DNA of 62,693 nt, the filler included, from Basidiobolus ranarum (lineage: Eukaryota): NCBI GenBank assembly GCA_040143965.1. It is 36 parts of 36 records of this genome, joined end to end, with 100 filler letters (N's around TTAATTAATTAA, not from the genome) between each part and the next. Parts side by side here need not be neighbours in the genome. Positions count along the whole stretch, not along the records: positions 1 to 1,650 come from JASJQH010004624.1; positions 1,751 to 3,400 come from JASJQH010004625.1; positions 3,501 to 5,150 come from JASJQH010004626.1; positions 5,251 to 6,900 come from JASJQH010004627.1; positions 7,001 to 8,649 come from JASJQH010004628.1; positions 8,750 to 10,398 come from JASJQH010004629.1; positions 10,499 to 12,147 come from JASJQH010004630.1; 29 more parts are not named here. One strand, 5' to 3'. The position numbers and the translations under genes are program-made. Shown in pieces: positions 1 through 10,789 of the stretch (positions within the stretch are counted from its first letter, which is position 1; every line of letters starts with the position of its first letter). The notes beneath the pieces are model-generated. The model made no database searches. It was not told the origin of the DNA and was given only the letters and a program-made list of their open reading frames with translations.

Positions 1-167
1 ATAAGATTATAATCAACACTAGAAGAAACAAATATGCAAAAGATACTTGATTCATGAAATAAAATGGTATTAATTGAGGCATAAGTTAGTTGGCTTACCA
101 ATGAACCGCTACCGGTTTTCCTTCTTCACTCACTCACGAACTCACTCACACACCTTCTAACCCCCCC

Positions 168-228
168 TCTCCTGCCTTCTAGCCACTTGTCATTGTTTCC
201 AGTCCTTGTTCAGTTCCTCATGGTGACT
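168..228 (+). repeat. 3' end fragment of Gypsy LTR family D
   Basis: ctcctgccttctagcc...ccagtccttg..cagttcct matches copies at 5251, 26226, 38438 and 34543 (reverse). Confidence 0.75.
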
Positions 229-497
229 GTAATCACGCATGCTAAAATATTGATCTTCAACATGCTTTCTTGAATATCCAGCACTTTTAGGGAAGAACCA
301 CTTTTCAAACAGCACACTACCAGGCTTACTACTTTCAGAATTCAAGTTGTTTTACAAGAATCTCATTGTATTGAGTCCATACTTATTCACATACTTGACT
401 GATCAGTCATTACTCAGCAATATCAATATGCTTTGCCAGCAAACTAAAGGTATCTATATCATTCTGGTCATATAACTGTGGTAACTCCACAGTATTG

Positions 498-1650
498 TCA
501 AGGTAGATTACCACAAATGGATCAAGATGCTCTCTGAAGATGTCATTCATCATGTGTTGACAGACTGCAGGGGCATTGGTAAGTCCAAATGGCATTACAT
601 TGTATTCAAAGTGTCCATAGCAAGTTTGAAAGGCAGTTCTCCATTGGTCTCCAGGTTTGATTCTTACAACATGGCAAGCACTTCTTAGATCAATCTTTGT
701 AAACACCTTGGCTAAAGCAAGCTGATCCAAGAGTGAGTTGATTAATGGCAAGGGGTACCAATTTTTGACTATAATGCTATTTAGGCCTTGATAATCAACA
801 CAGAGACAGAAGGATCCATCCTTTTTCCTAACAAATAGATTGGAGAGCCTGCTGGGGACTTTGAATGTTGAATAAATCCCTTCTCCAGAATTTTGGCAAC
901 ATACTCTTTCAGAATCTTGAGTTCCGGCTGGGTCAGCCCATATATAGGCCCAAATGGTGGTTGTTTTCCTTCTTGTAGATCTATAGGGCAATTATATGGG
1001 CAGTGAGCTGGAAGTATATCAGATTTCTTCTTGTCAAAGACATCAGCAAAGGCTTGGTATTTGGGCGGGAACTTATGATCCATAGGTTTTGTTGGTTTCA
1101 GCTCTTCTGCAATACTGTCAATGGATATTGGCTATATAAATGTTCTTAGGAGTCAGGCTGGTGATGAGTTGGATACTTTGCAGGTTGGCAAGTATGGACT
1201 AGGAGGTGGAGTTTGCTTGAACATTCTAATCTTCTTCCAATTGATTACTGGGTTGTGCTGCATGAGCCACAAGTTACCAAGGATGACTGGGTGGTGAGGT
1301 GAAGAAATGATAATAAAGGCTATTTCTTCTTGATGAGCAATGGACATGAGTGTCATAATGGTTGTCTCATGTGTTACAGCACCTGATGATAGCAGCCTAC
1401 AATCAATTACTTCTACAAGGGCTGGACTAGATTTCTTGATTGTTGGGATAGAGTGGGATTTTACAATGGCAGAGTCAATAAAACAGGAGGAAGCACCTTA
1501 ATCAAGAAGTGCAGTTGTTTTTATTGACTTGGAATTTGGTAGCAGGAGTGTATTAGGCAGCTTAAATGATTCATATGACTGCAGAGATTGCAATGTATGG
1601 TGAAGATAAATTTTTGAAGATGGTTTGCCCAACTGCATGCCCATTATTGC
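498..1650 (-). pseudogene. Ty3/Gypsy protease-reverse transcriptase fragment, decayed
   Basis: ALLD*GASSCFID protease motif; PPFGPIYGL, KKDGSxxLCVDY, YPLPLI, FTKIDL, FEYNVMPFGLTNAP, YLD(N); frameshifts and stops. Confidence 0.95.
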
Positions 1651-1750
1651 NNNNNNNNNNNNNNNNNNNNNNNNNNNNNNNNNNNNNNNNNNNNTTAATT
1701 AATTAANNNNNNNNNNNNNNNNNNNNNNNNNNNNNNNNNNNNNNNNNNNN
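1651..1750. other. Artificial contig spacer, first of 35
   Basis: N44-TTAATTAATTAA-N44 (stops in all six frames) recurs about every 1.74 kb, e.g. 3401, 5151, 6901, 8650 ... 60958. Contig lengths fall steadily from 1650 to 1636 bp. Confidence 0.99.
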
Positions 1751-1969
1751 AGCAATTCCATATTGTAAATTTCAAACTTGTCCAAATTGCCCCAACAATC
1801 GCTCATTTTACTCCCACAGATGTTCTGAACATAACCTCCATGTTAGTTTTTTGAATTTCCACCATAATGTATAAATGCGTTATTTCTGAACAATCAGTAA
1901 TTATCTCACAAAGCTATTCATATCTCCACTTTTCTAAAGTTTCTCCAAACAGCCCATATTTTCCCAATA
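1751..1969 (+). repeat. Copia family A 5' LTR (partial)
   Basis: Matches full copies at 25263-25640 and 49099-49475; followed by primer site and gag. Confidence 0.85.
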
Positions 1970-1981
1970 GGTTATGAGCCC
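1970..1981 (+). promoter_or_regulatory. Primer binding site GGTTATGAGCCC (half-tRNA iMet type)
   Basis: Immediately after the LTR end; complementary to the initiator tRNA-Met anticodon arm GGGCUCAUAACC. Confidence 0.8.
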
Positions 1982-2001
1982 CATTTTCTAACCTTTACAG
2001 C

Positions 2002-3400
2002 ATGACAGGCATCACTACTACCACTCTTATCAACTCAAGGGCTGAAAAGCTTGATGGAGAAAATTACAATTTCTGGAAGTTCAAGATGCAAATCATACTG
2101 GAATACAGGGAGTTTTGGGATGTAGTCTCTGGAGATGAAAAGGAACCTTCTGATACTTCTTTATTGGAAGCTTACAAGAAAATAGACAAGAAGGCCTTTA
2201 ATGTCATTTGTCAAAGTTTCAAGGATTCACAACTTGTGAATATTCAATATGGAAACACTTCCCATCAAGCTTGGACTATATTGGAAGAGTGTAATGAAGC
2301 AAAGAGTATTGTTAATAGACTCTCCCTCAGACAACAATTTATCAATATAAAGATGGAAAAGTCTGAAAGCATGGTTACTCATAATTCAAATGTGTGATCT
2401 TTGGCAAAACAACTGGAAAATATTGGTGCAACTTTACAGGAAGAAGTTGTCATTATGACTCATCTAAGTAGACTACCAGAACAGTATTCCAACTTGGTCT
2501 CAGCTTTGGAAGCAAGATCTGACAAGTTGTCTCTGGAGTTTGTGATGGCAAGGCTAATGGATCAACACTCCAGAAGTAAGAATTTAGTAAAAGAATCCAA
2601 GGTAGTGGCTCTTTTTGGAGCTGGAAAATGTAGCTTTGGCAAGTGCAAAGGTTACAAAAGAAGGAAACCAGGTTTATGCTATGGTTGTTACAAACCAGGA
2701 CACCAGATAAAAGTTTGAAACTCAAGAAATTGCAACAAAAATGAGAAGTCAGAACAAGCAAATCAGGTTTCAAACAAAGAGGAAGTTTTATTCATTTCTG
2801 CCCTATCAGTGATCTCCAAACAAGACTGTATGTTGTGGTATATTGATTCTGGAGCCTCTCAACATTTCTCCATTCAAAAAAACTGGTTCAAGACACTCAA
2901 AACTGACATGAACAAGAAGGTTTATATGGTAGATGACCGGGCACTAGAAGCTCTGGGAGTGGAAGAACTTGAAGTGGATCTTGGGGGCATCTTGAGAGAT
3001 ATGTATTTGACACCAAATAATGTGCTATATGTGCCTGGGATAGCAAAAAATTTGTTATCAGCAAGTAAAGCTACATCTGCGGGATATAACTTTAATTTTG
3101 ATTAAAATGGCAGCACAATCAGAGATCAAAAAGGGAATTATCTAGCTTCTGGAGCTAAGCAAAATAACTTGTATTAACTTCATTATATTAGGCCAATATA
3201 TGTACAAGATAGTACTGCCAAAAGAGATAGACTGGAAAATCTGGCATATGAGATTGGGTCATCTTGGAGCTGAAAATATGAGAAATGTAATCAAAAACAA
3301 GATGGTTTTAGGAATATTCTGTAATTCCACCGGATCTGAAGCTATGTGAAGGTTGCCTATATGGTAGACAACACAGAAAGCCGTTTGTGGGCTCTGGAAT
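2002..3400 (+). pseudogene. Ty1/Copia family A gag-protease-GAG-pre-integrase, decayed
   Basis: KLDGENYxFWKFKM gag start, CYGCYKPGH knuckle remnant, WYIDSGASQH protease, NVLYVPGIAKNLLS, WH.RLGH; in-frame stops. Confidence 0.95.
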
Positions 3401-3501
3401 NNNNNNNNNNNNNNNNNNNNNNNNNNNNNNNNNNNNNNNNNNNNTTAATTAATTAANNNNNNNNNNNNNNNNNNNNNNNNNNNNNNNNNNNNNNNNNNNN
3501 A

Positions 3502-3981
3502 GAAGGATCTGGTTCATACAGTCCTGGCAGCGGGGTAGGAGGCAACAGTGGTGGCTCTGGCGGTAATGGTGGTGGAGCATATGGTCCTGGTGGTGGTTCA
3601 GGTGGCAATGGAGCTAGCTCTGGTGGTAATGGTGGAGGAGCTAGAGCATATGATACCGGTAATGGGTCAGGAGGAAACGGTGGTGGATCAGGCGGTAATG
3701 GTGGAGGAGCATATGGTACTGGTGGTGGTTCAGGCGGCAACGGAGGAGGAGGCGGTGGTAATGGTGGAGGGGCAGGAGGAAACGGTGGCGGATCTATTGG
3801 TAATGGAGGCGGCTCTGGTGGTAGTGGCGGAGGAGCTGGAGCATACGATATCGGTAGTGGGGTAAGAGGAAACGGTGGTGGCTCTGGCGGCAACAGCGGC
3901 GGAAGCGGTGGCAATGGAGGTGGCGCTGGAGGAGCTGGCTATGATACTTCTGATCATAGTGGAGAAGGAGAAAGCAGCTGA
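3502..3981 (+). CDS. 3' part of a glycine-rich, Tyr-periodic repeat protein (5' truncated)
   Basis: Open frame from the contig edge: EGSGSYSPGSGVGGNSGGSGGNGGGAYGPGGGSGGNG...GAGYDTSDHSGEGESS*, TGA at 3979-3981. GGN codons vary at position 3. Confidence 0.85.
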   Translation, partial: EGSGSYSPGSGVGGNSGGSGGNGGGAYGPGGGSGGNGASSGGNGGGARAYDTGNGSGGNGGGSGGNGGGAYGTGGGSGGNGGGGGGNGGGAGGNGGGSIGNGGGSGGSGGGAGAYDIGSGVRGNGGGSGGNSGGSGGNGGGAGGAGYDTSDHSGEGESS

Positions 3982-4897
3982 ATTATACAAAAGATTTTTG
4001 ACCAAGAAGTGCACTTTTGTATATGGTCTTGTAGCAAATATACCGTAGGGAGAACCTAAATACATAACCAATAAATCCTTTCTTCTATAAAAAAGATCGT
4101 TGCCTGTCACTTTTTGTTTATAGTGTTGTAAGTTTCTTTGGCAATGATTACTAGTTACAGCACTCATTTCTATGACTATTGACTTTTCTACCAGAAGATA
4201 CTTTGAGTCACTATTACTCTGTATATGTAAAGCAACGGTGATGACTGTAATAGGGTAGTTGTACACCAATGGCAAGGCAGGAGACAAAATATATACAGCA
4301 AGTCCGGGATAAGTTGAATAACCCATTTAGCACAGGTATTGACACCGAGAATAGTTCAGTGTCTGACTAAAGTGTAACGCTGTCAAAGCCATAATATAGT
4401 GTGATGCCATATGGTAGTGGGTGATTATTGTGAGAAATATAAACTTAGCATGCAAATTATCTCCAACACTTCCTGCATCACTAATTGCCTCACCCCCTTG
4501 GCTGAAGCTACTAGCAATGAACTCAGTATTGTTGAAAGTCTGAGGATCACTTCCACTCGAAAGACTGCTAAAGGCCTTTCAGGTATAAACAGCATATCTT
4601 GCATATTTGGAGGTCAAATATAGTAGTCTTGTTACAGAAATATATGCTATGTTACATCAATTGCAGATATAGAGTGCACTTGAGCTATGATTGCTAATAA
4701 CAGAAACGGCTTTTTGCTTATACAAATGATAACTGATTATGTCACTTGTCAGTATTTTGTTATACGATAACTCTCCTGTTATCAGAGACCAGGATGTCTT
4801 ATCTCCATCACGGCTTTTCTTCTTCTCTGATGCAGTGGCAATGACCCTTTACTTTGCAAACTTTCATTCAGGGTGTAGCTCGCCTTGTGCAATTTCT

Positions 4898-5149
4898 TGG
4901 ATGCTCTTCAAACGAGATGTCAGTGTGCCATTATCCTTTGCGATAGAGTCCATCTATGTATGAAGAGGTTCTTCCAGCTCCAGATGGAATCACAATTTCT
5001 GGATGGGAGTCGGGAGTAGGGATATATGGATGAATATGGAGCTCACCCAGTCGTCGGCCAAATGCCACTTCATCTTCTTGACTGAACTCCTGCTCACGGA
5101 AAAATACAACACCACGCTCAGCAGCTAGAGCTAAGAGATCCTCAAGCTG
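4898..5149 (-). pseudogene. TauD/TfdA-family alpha-ketoglutarate-dependent dioxygenase fragment
   Basis: AERGVVFFREQ...FGRRLGELHIHP...KG*WHTDISFEEHP. In-frame TAA at 4931-4933 just before the HxD iron motif; similarity ends after EEHP. Confidence 0.85.
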
Positions 5150-5250
5150 GNNNNNNNNNNNNNNNNNNNNNNNNNNNNNNNNNNNNNNNNNNNNTTAATT
5201 AATTAANNNNNNNNNNNNNNNNNNNNNNNNNNNNNNNNNNNNNNNNNNNN

Positions 5251-5361
5251 TTCCTTGTCCAGTCTTGTCTTGTCTTGTCTTGTGGTCTACACCCAAGTAC
5301 TCTCCTGCCTTCTAGCCTCTTGTTGTTGTTCCCAGTCCTTGTCCAGTTCCTTATTGTGATA
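5251..5361 (+). repeat. LTR family D 3' end
   Basis: (GTCTT)n tract, ends TTATTGTGATA; near-identical to 26310-26419. Confidence 0.85.
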
Positions 5362-5399
5362 CTCTAGGGGCTATAGATATGTTGCTTTCTGTTTCTGAT

Positions 5400-6082
5400 A
5401 TATGTATCATAACTAAAGTTAACTATGATGTTGAATAAAGATTAATTATCCAACAATAACATGGCTGGAACATGGCCAGATATTGCATATTCTGTGGGAG
5501 TTATGTGCCAATATCTTGAAAATTATGGATCTGATCAAATCATAGCAATTAAGTGGATTTTCAGATATTGGAAAGGTACTGTGGATCTATGCTTAAAATA
5601 AACATATTCTGGATCAAACTTTGATCTGTAAGGATATTCAGATGCAGATTGGGGAAGAGATATAGAAGATAGGAGATCTACAACCTAACACTTATTTCTT
5701 TGCTGTAATGGAGCTATTTCTTGGAATTCAAACAAACAACCTACTGTAGCACTTTCAACCACAGAAGCTGTATACATGGCTGCCTGTAAAGCAACAAAAG
5801 AAGCAATATGGTTAAGAAGACTCTTAATGGATTTAGATTATTGTCAAAATTCATCAACTGCAATATCACAAGATAATCAATGTTGTATCAAATTAGCTAA
5901 AAGTTCCACATCTCATAATTGAAGCAAACATATAAATATTAGATATCACTTCATTAGAGAGACTATGGAGAATAATTTTAGTGATTTAACTTATTGTTCT
6001 TCCAAAGACATGGTTGCTGATTTATTAACCAAACCATTAGCTAGACAGAAATTTGAGAAATTCAGACTTTTATTAGGATGAG
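5400..6082 (+). pseudogene. Copia family B RT C-terminus and RNase H, decayed
   Basis: PDIAYSVG, GYSDADWG, SNKQPTVALSTTEA, SKHINIRYHFIRE, MVADLLTKPL. Confidence 0.93.
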
Positions 6083-6101
6083 TTTATATGACTATTTAGT
6101 T

Positions 6102-6450
6102 GAGGGAGAGTGTTGAAATTAGCATTGCCTAAACACCTATATTGTCATATATAGCTTAGTACTTAGTTTTCTTATGTTGAACTAAGATATTATCCATTAT
6201 TTGCAATTGCAACTTACTTAGATTATTTTTACCACCTTATAAGTTCTCAGATATATAGATTTTTTAAAGAAGCCCCAAACTTTGCACACATGTTCCTGGG
6301 ACCTTCCTTAACACATTCTACATATTAGTTTGCTTACATCTTGACAAAACCAACAATGTCCACTTTCAACTCAATAAATCAACAAGTGGAAACCGCCAAT
6401 TTCTCTAAATTGTACAAACCACTTCCAACAGGCTCCCAAATACTTTAACA
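6102..6450 (+). repeat. Polypurine tract (GAGGGAGAG) and Copia family B 3' LTR (6111-6450)
   Basis: TGTTGAAATTAGC...TACTTTAACA, 340 bp, directly after RNase H and the purine tract. Confidence 0.9.
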
Positions 6451-8068
6451 TCAACACTATACCTAAGTCAATTGTTTGTTTAAAAGCAATCAACACTATA
6501 CCCAAATATCCATGCTGCCTGTGCTCTGAAAGTTTTAAATTGAGTTTACGTGTCTATACTCTAACACACACTACAAAGAGCTCTCTTCTAAATAATATAA
6601 ATATTAAACACATCAAGCAAGATTTGACGATGGTCAATGTACACCTACTATGAAAGGAGTTGTGTTATATTCATACAGATAAGAAGTTAGAGATTAATTA
6701 GCTGTGGATCAGATATAGAATTGATTTGCATCCAACCTTTAGTATTTCACCCATCCGATACATTTAGGGTTAGGGTTAACATAACCACAGACCACGATAT
6801 CATGGCAATTGGGATCCATCCGTTATTCTTGAACTTGATGTTTGAAGGATTTACGTAGAAGAAAAGCACTACATCTAATGATTCTTGAGAGATCAGGGTT
6901 NNNNNNNNNNNNNNNNNNNNNNNNNNNNNNNNNNNNNNNNNNNNTTAATTAATTAANNNNNNNNNNNNNNNNNNNNNNNNNNNNNNNNNNNNNNNNNNNN
7001 CTATCACAACCCATTGTCTTGGTAGAAATTAGCCGAATTGGCTTGCAGATATTAAATTGTTGATGAATAGAGTTGCATTCTTGTAGTTACTCCGGGTTGG
7101 GATAGGATTTGTCAGGTTTAGGATTTGTGAATTGGCATGGGTATTGATAGATGTGATGATCAGCGTCCGAATTTAACTTTTGAAACAGATCTTTATTTTT
7201 TTTGGTAACTTTTGAAACTGGAGCTTGCTTAATCAATCAATAGAGGACAGATAAATCATGTCCATGAATCACTAGGGTTAAGTAGCGTTTAAGACTGAAA
7301 GCTTAGCATTCACTAGTTGGCAATTGGAGTTCGAACTTATTGCTCCAATTAAGTCTATTTAGGTCAGTTCCTGACGAGGAAAGCATGCTAGTCACTATTT
7401 AGATAAGAAAGAAGTTGACGCGACAAATCGTAAACAACGGAGAGCAAGCAATGGGAAATTTGTACTCCGACCAATTCTAATTATGTAAGTTGCATATTAG
7501 AATTCAAGCTTACAAATATTTGCATAGGATGTATGCATGTATGCATAAATATGTACATACGTCCTCAACTAATCTTAATTCAGCCTTGATATTGCAGGTA
7601 AAAACTCGGTTTAGGTCGATCGAAATATGTATTAACTATCTTCAGGTGTTTATCTTTTATGGAGTATATTCATGGGTGATATAGGAAATGACAGAGTAAA
7701 TTTACAGTCTATAAGTAGACAACTAACAGATATAGAAGGAAAAGAGGCACAGGGTGACATGAAATAAACTTGAGAAATGCAAAGAAAATGGGAAAATACG
7801 AAAGTGAAAGCAGACATGAAGGGTAGGTTGTGACTAACTGTGTTGAACAAAAGTTAAATAAAAAACATATGTTATCGTTATTAATATACCAATGTCAACT
7901 TGGATATAAAATAGCTCAGTATATATAGGTCATTTTTACATTGAAATAAGGCAACTCACAGTATACTTATCTCATAGAGACTAAGATTTTCGTTCGTAAC
8001 GTATTTAAGCTTCCAGTTGATTACTTCTTTCTAAGGTTAAGAAGAAATATACTGATTGAATATTCTCT

Positions 8069-8647
8069 TTACGCTGCGCACGCAATATGACCATATTCAA
8101 ATTGAACAGAGTAGAGACAGTTATGAGTAAGTAGTTTGCGTAAACGATAATTCGACATTTGATCTCCAGAAGAGGCAGCACGTTGAAACCACACAGCAGC
8201 CTCTTCTAGATTTTGCTCGGCTCCAATTCCTTTCTCAAGGCAATTACCTAGGTGATATTGTGCAGATATATAGCCCTTATTTGCTGCGCGTCTGAACCAG
8301 TACACTGCCGCAGAACTATCTTTTTCTATTCCTTGACCAAGTTGCAAACAAAGACCTAGCTTATCTTGAGCTCTCGGATGATCCTTCTGGGATGCTTTGA
8401 AATACCATTTAACAGCCTCAACTTCGCTTTTATCAATGCCGATTCCATTGGCGTAGCAGTAGCCGATATTACATTGAGCCCATGGATTTCCCTGCTGAGC
8501 GGAACGCATATACCAGTAAACAGCCTGTTTCAAGTCCTGCTTAACACCTAGCCCTTCTTCAAAGCAAAATCCTAGAGAATTTTGTGCAATTATGTTTCCT
8601 TGTTCGGAAGCACAGCGAAACCATCTAACAGCCTCCGAGTCATTGCG
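8069..8647 (-). CDS. Sel1-like repeat protein, C-terminal part
   Basis: Consecutive SLR units A..W...A.QG...AQ..LG.C...G.G; frame stays open to the contig edge; ends GHIACAA*. Confidence 0.92.
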   Translation of the reverse strand, partial: RNDSEAVRWFRCASEQGNIIAQNSLGFCFEEGLGVKQDLKQAVYWYMRSAQQGNPWAQCNIGYCYANGIGIDKSEVEAVKWYFKASQKDHPRAQDKLGLCLQLGQGIEKDSSAAVYWFRRAANKGYISAQYHLGNCLEKGIGAEQNLEEAAVWFQRAASSGDQMSNYRLRKLLTHNCLYSVQFEYGHIACAA

Positions 8648-9448
8648 ATNNNNNNNNNNNNNNNNNNNNNNNNNNNNNNNNNNNNNNNNNNNNTTAATTA
8701 ATTAANNNNNNNNNNNNNNNNNNNNNNNNNNNNNNNNNNNNNNNNNNNNGACCAAATTCAACATTTAATAGTGGCGGTTTTACCATGACCTATAGTCTTT
8801 CAAAAGATCAACAATCCCAGCCTGAGATTTAAACCATTTAGCCTCAGATATTAGATTCACTCCATATTTATTATGCTTAGAGAATGATCGAGATGATGAG
8901 TCAATTGCTCGCTAAATCATCGTATTCCGATCAATTTACTGATCGGTATTGGTTCGGGGAATCCAGTAAACCTGATGGTCTATTCTATCTTGGGCAGATA
9001 AGTTCGAGTTCTAGATTCAAGTACAAGTCTAGGCCCTTCAATAAAAATCACCAATATCAGTGACTGTTGACCCATAAGACACGCCGATAACCGTCACGTT
9101 TGATCAACTGGTAACTTACGGAGCCATTTTTGCAGTGGATAGTTAGTCACACACAACCCCAAATCAAATCAATTCAAATCAAGCTGGAAATAGTACATAT
9201 TTACTATATATTATACTACACTAATATAGTATTTGGCACAACCGAGCCATCGAATTCGCACCGTCAAAGGGGACGGTAAAGTTCAATCGCTTGTTTGAAA
9301 GAGAATTCATGTTACTGTGGGTTTATTGTATGTATATGTATATTCATATTGTATATGGTGGGTCAAAGGATATATTCTACATTCATGGGTGTTGATATGC
9401 TCCCGTCTAAAATAAATGTAATATTGATAAAACTATGCTTAGGTATAG

Positions 9449-9467
9449 ATATATATATATATATATA
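9449..9467. repeat. (AT)n microsatellite
   Basis: atatatatatatatatata just downstream of the 9497 stop codon. Confidence 0.8.
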
Positions 9468-9496
9468 GATAGACACGATTCCTAAAAAAGAACTAT

Positions 9497-10398
9497 CTAG
9501 GCTTTGGTGGTAGTGTTGTTAATACAAGGATGGCCATTATCGGAACTACAGTCTTCACAGAGGACAAGATGACAAGTATTGCATGCGAGCAGCTCATTGG
9601 GGACCGCACACTCTGGGCTACAGAACATTCGTACTTGGCATATGTCACAGCGCGATATGGCCTTATCATTATGCAGACAGCGGGAGCAGAAATGCTTGGC
9701 GCAACTATGACAGATAATATTATCTACACAAGAGGTGCAGTAATGTTGGTAACATCTACGGCAAACATAGGATTTTAGGGTTACACTCTCCTGGGCTTTA
9801 CAATAATAATGTCCACAATCTAAGCAGGAATATTCTTGTTGGCATGATTCACAAACCAACTCGACTTTTTGACATGCTTGACACCACACTTTAACTATAG
9901 ATTCCCGTGGATTGTAGCATTGTCGGCACCTGCCCTCGCCACACGATGAGCAATATGAGACATTCTTGCGTAAACCTTCGCAATTAGGAAGGATATCCAA
10001 GTGGAAGTTTGAATTGTTGGTAAATTTGAAGAGTCCTGAACGTAAACGTGGAAGTAACCAAGTGATAGTGCCTCTGAAAGTTTCATTCAATTCAGCTTCA
10101 GTAGGATGACCGAAATATTGTAATGTCGACAATTTACGGGAGTATTCAAGACTTTCGGTATTTGCTAGTCTTTCAACGAAGCAAACTAAGCTGACAAACT
10201 CGATGTTGTTACAGTGACGGATCGACAATGAATGTAGTTGCGGACAGGAGCGAAGTATGCGATCGATACTTTTTGTGGTAATGTTAGTATAGTCAAGCAC
10301 AAGCTCCCGTATTGATGTACGAGTGGCGGCAATTAATCCTTGGGAGAGTGCCTTTTCGAGGATAGTATCGGCAGGAGAAGAGCAGACCTCCACGGTTC
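9497..10398 (-). CDS. LRR (F-box/RNI-like) protein with Cys-rich C-terminus, 5' truncated
   Basis: IRELVLDYTNIT..SI..IL.SCPQLHSLSIRHCNNI is an FBXL-type LRR; followed by 12 CxxC pairs. Intact 298-aa frame, CpG-rich unlike the repeats. Confidence 0.8.
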
Positions 10399-10498
10399 NN
10401 NNNNNNNNNNNNNNNNNNNNNNNNNNNNNNNNNNNNNNNNNNTTAATTAATTAANNNNNNNNNNNNNNNNNNNNNNNNNNNNNNNNNNNNNNNNNNNN

Positions 10499-10786
10499 CA
10501 ATCAAAGTTAGGCAAAGTAGTCAAAATCTTGATTAATTCTCAATACATCCATACTCAAAGATATCCATTGAGAGCTCTAGACTTAAGACACTATGAATAA
10601 AGCTTTCATCATCTTTTGAATGTGCAATAATGTCTAAAAGTACTTTTCTTAAACATACCACATAAGTAAAACAAACTGTTTCCAAAATGGTAAATAACAT
10701 TGTGCTGGATAGTGCCCAATCATGCCAATTTGTGCTGGCACTCTTTTTAGCTGGCCTGATCTGGCTCAATAAAATGGAACAAGTCT
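10499..10786 (+). mobile_element. 3' end of DDE_Tnp_4 (PIF/Harbinger/ISL2-like) element
   Basis: Aligns with 58547-58834; ends AATGGAACAAGTCT. Confidence 0.8.
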
Positions 10787-10789
10787 AGA

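Noticed and set aside
1695-1706. Regularly spaced TTAATTAATTAA as a CRISPR-like or biological repeat
   Set aside because: Always embedded in fixed N runs; it is an assembly linker.
3453-3914. Poly-proline extensin-like ORF on the minus strand, plus ORFs 3548 and 3730
   Set aside because: Shadows of the Gly-rich plus-strand frame, which has a proper stop and 3' flank.
6764-6778. TTAGGGTTAGGGTTA as a telomere
   Set aside because: Only about 2.5 units and internal to the contig.
7283-7352. tRNA-Phe-like AGACTGAA plus GTTCGAA
   Set aside because: No consistent acceptor stem, D-arm or T-stem can be folded.
7370-7383. CTGACGAG-GAAA as a hammerhead ribozyme core
   Set aside because: No stem II between the core motifs and no flanking stems found.
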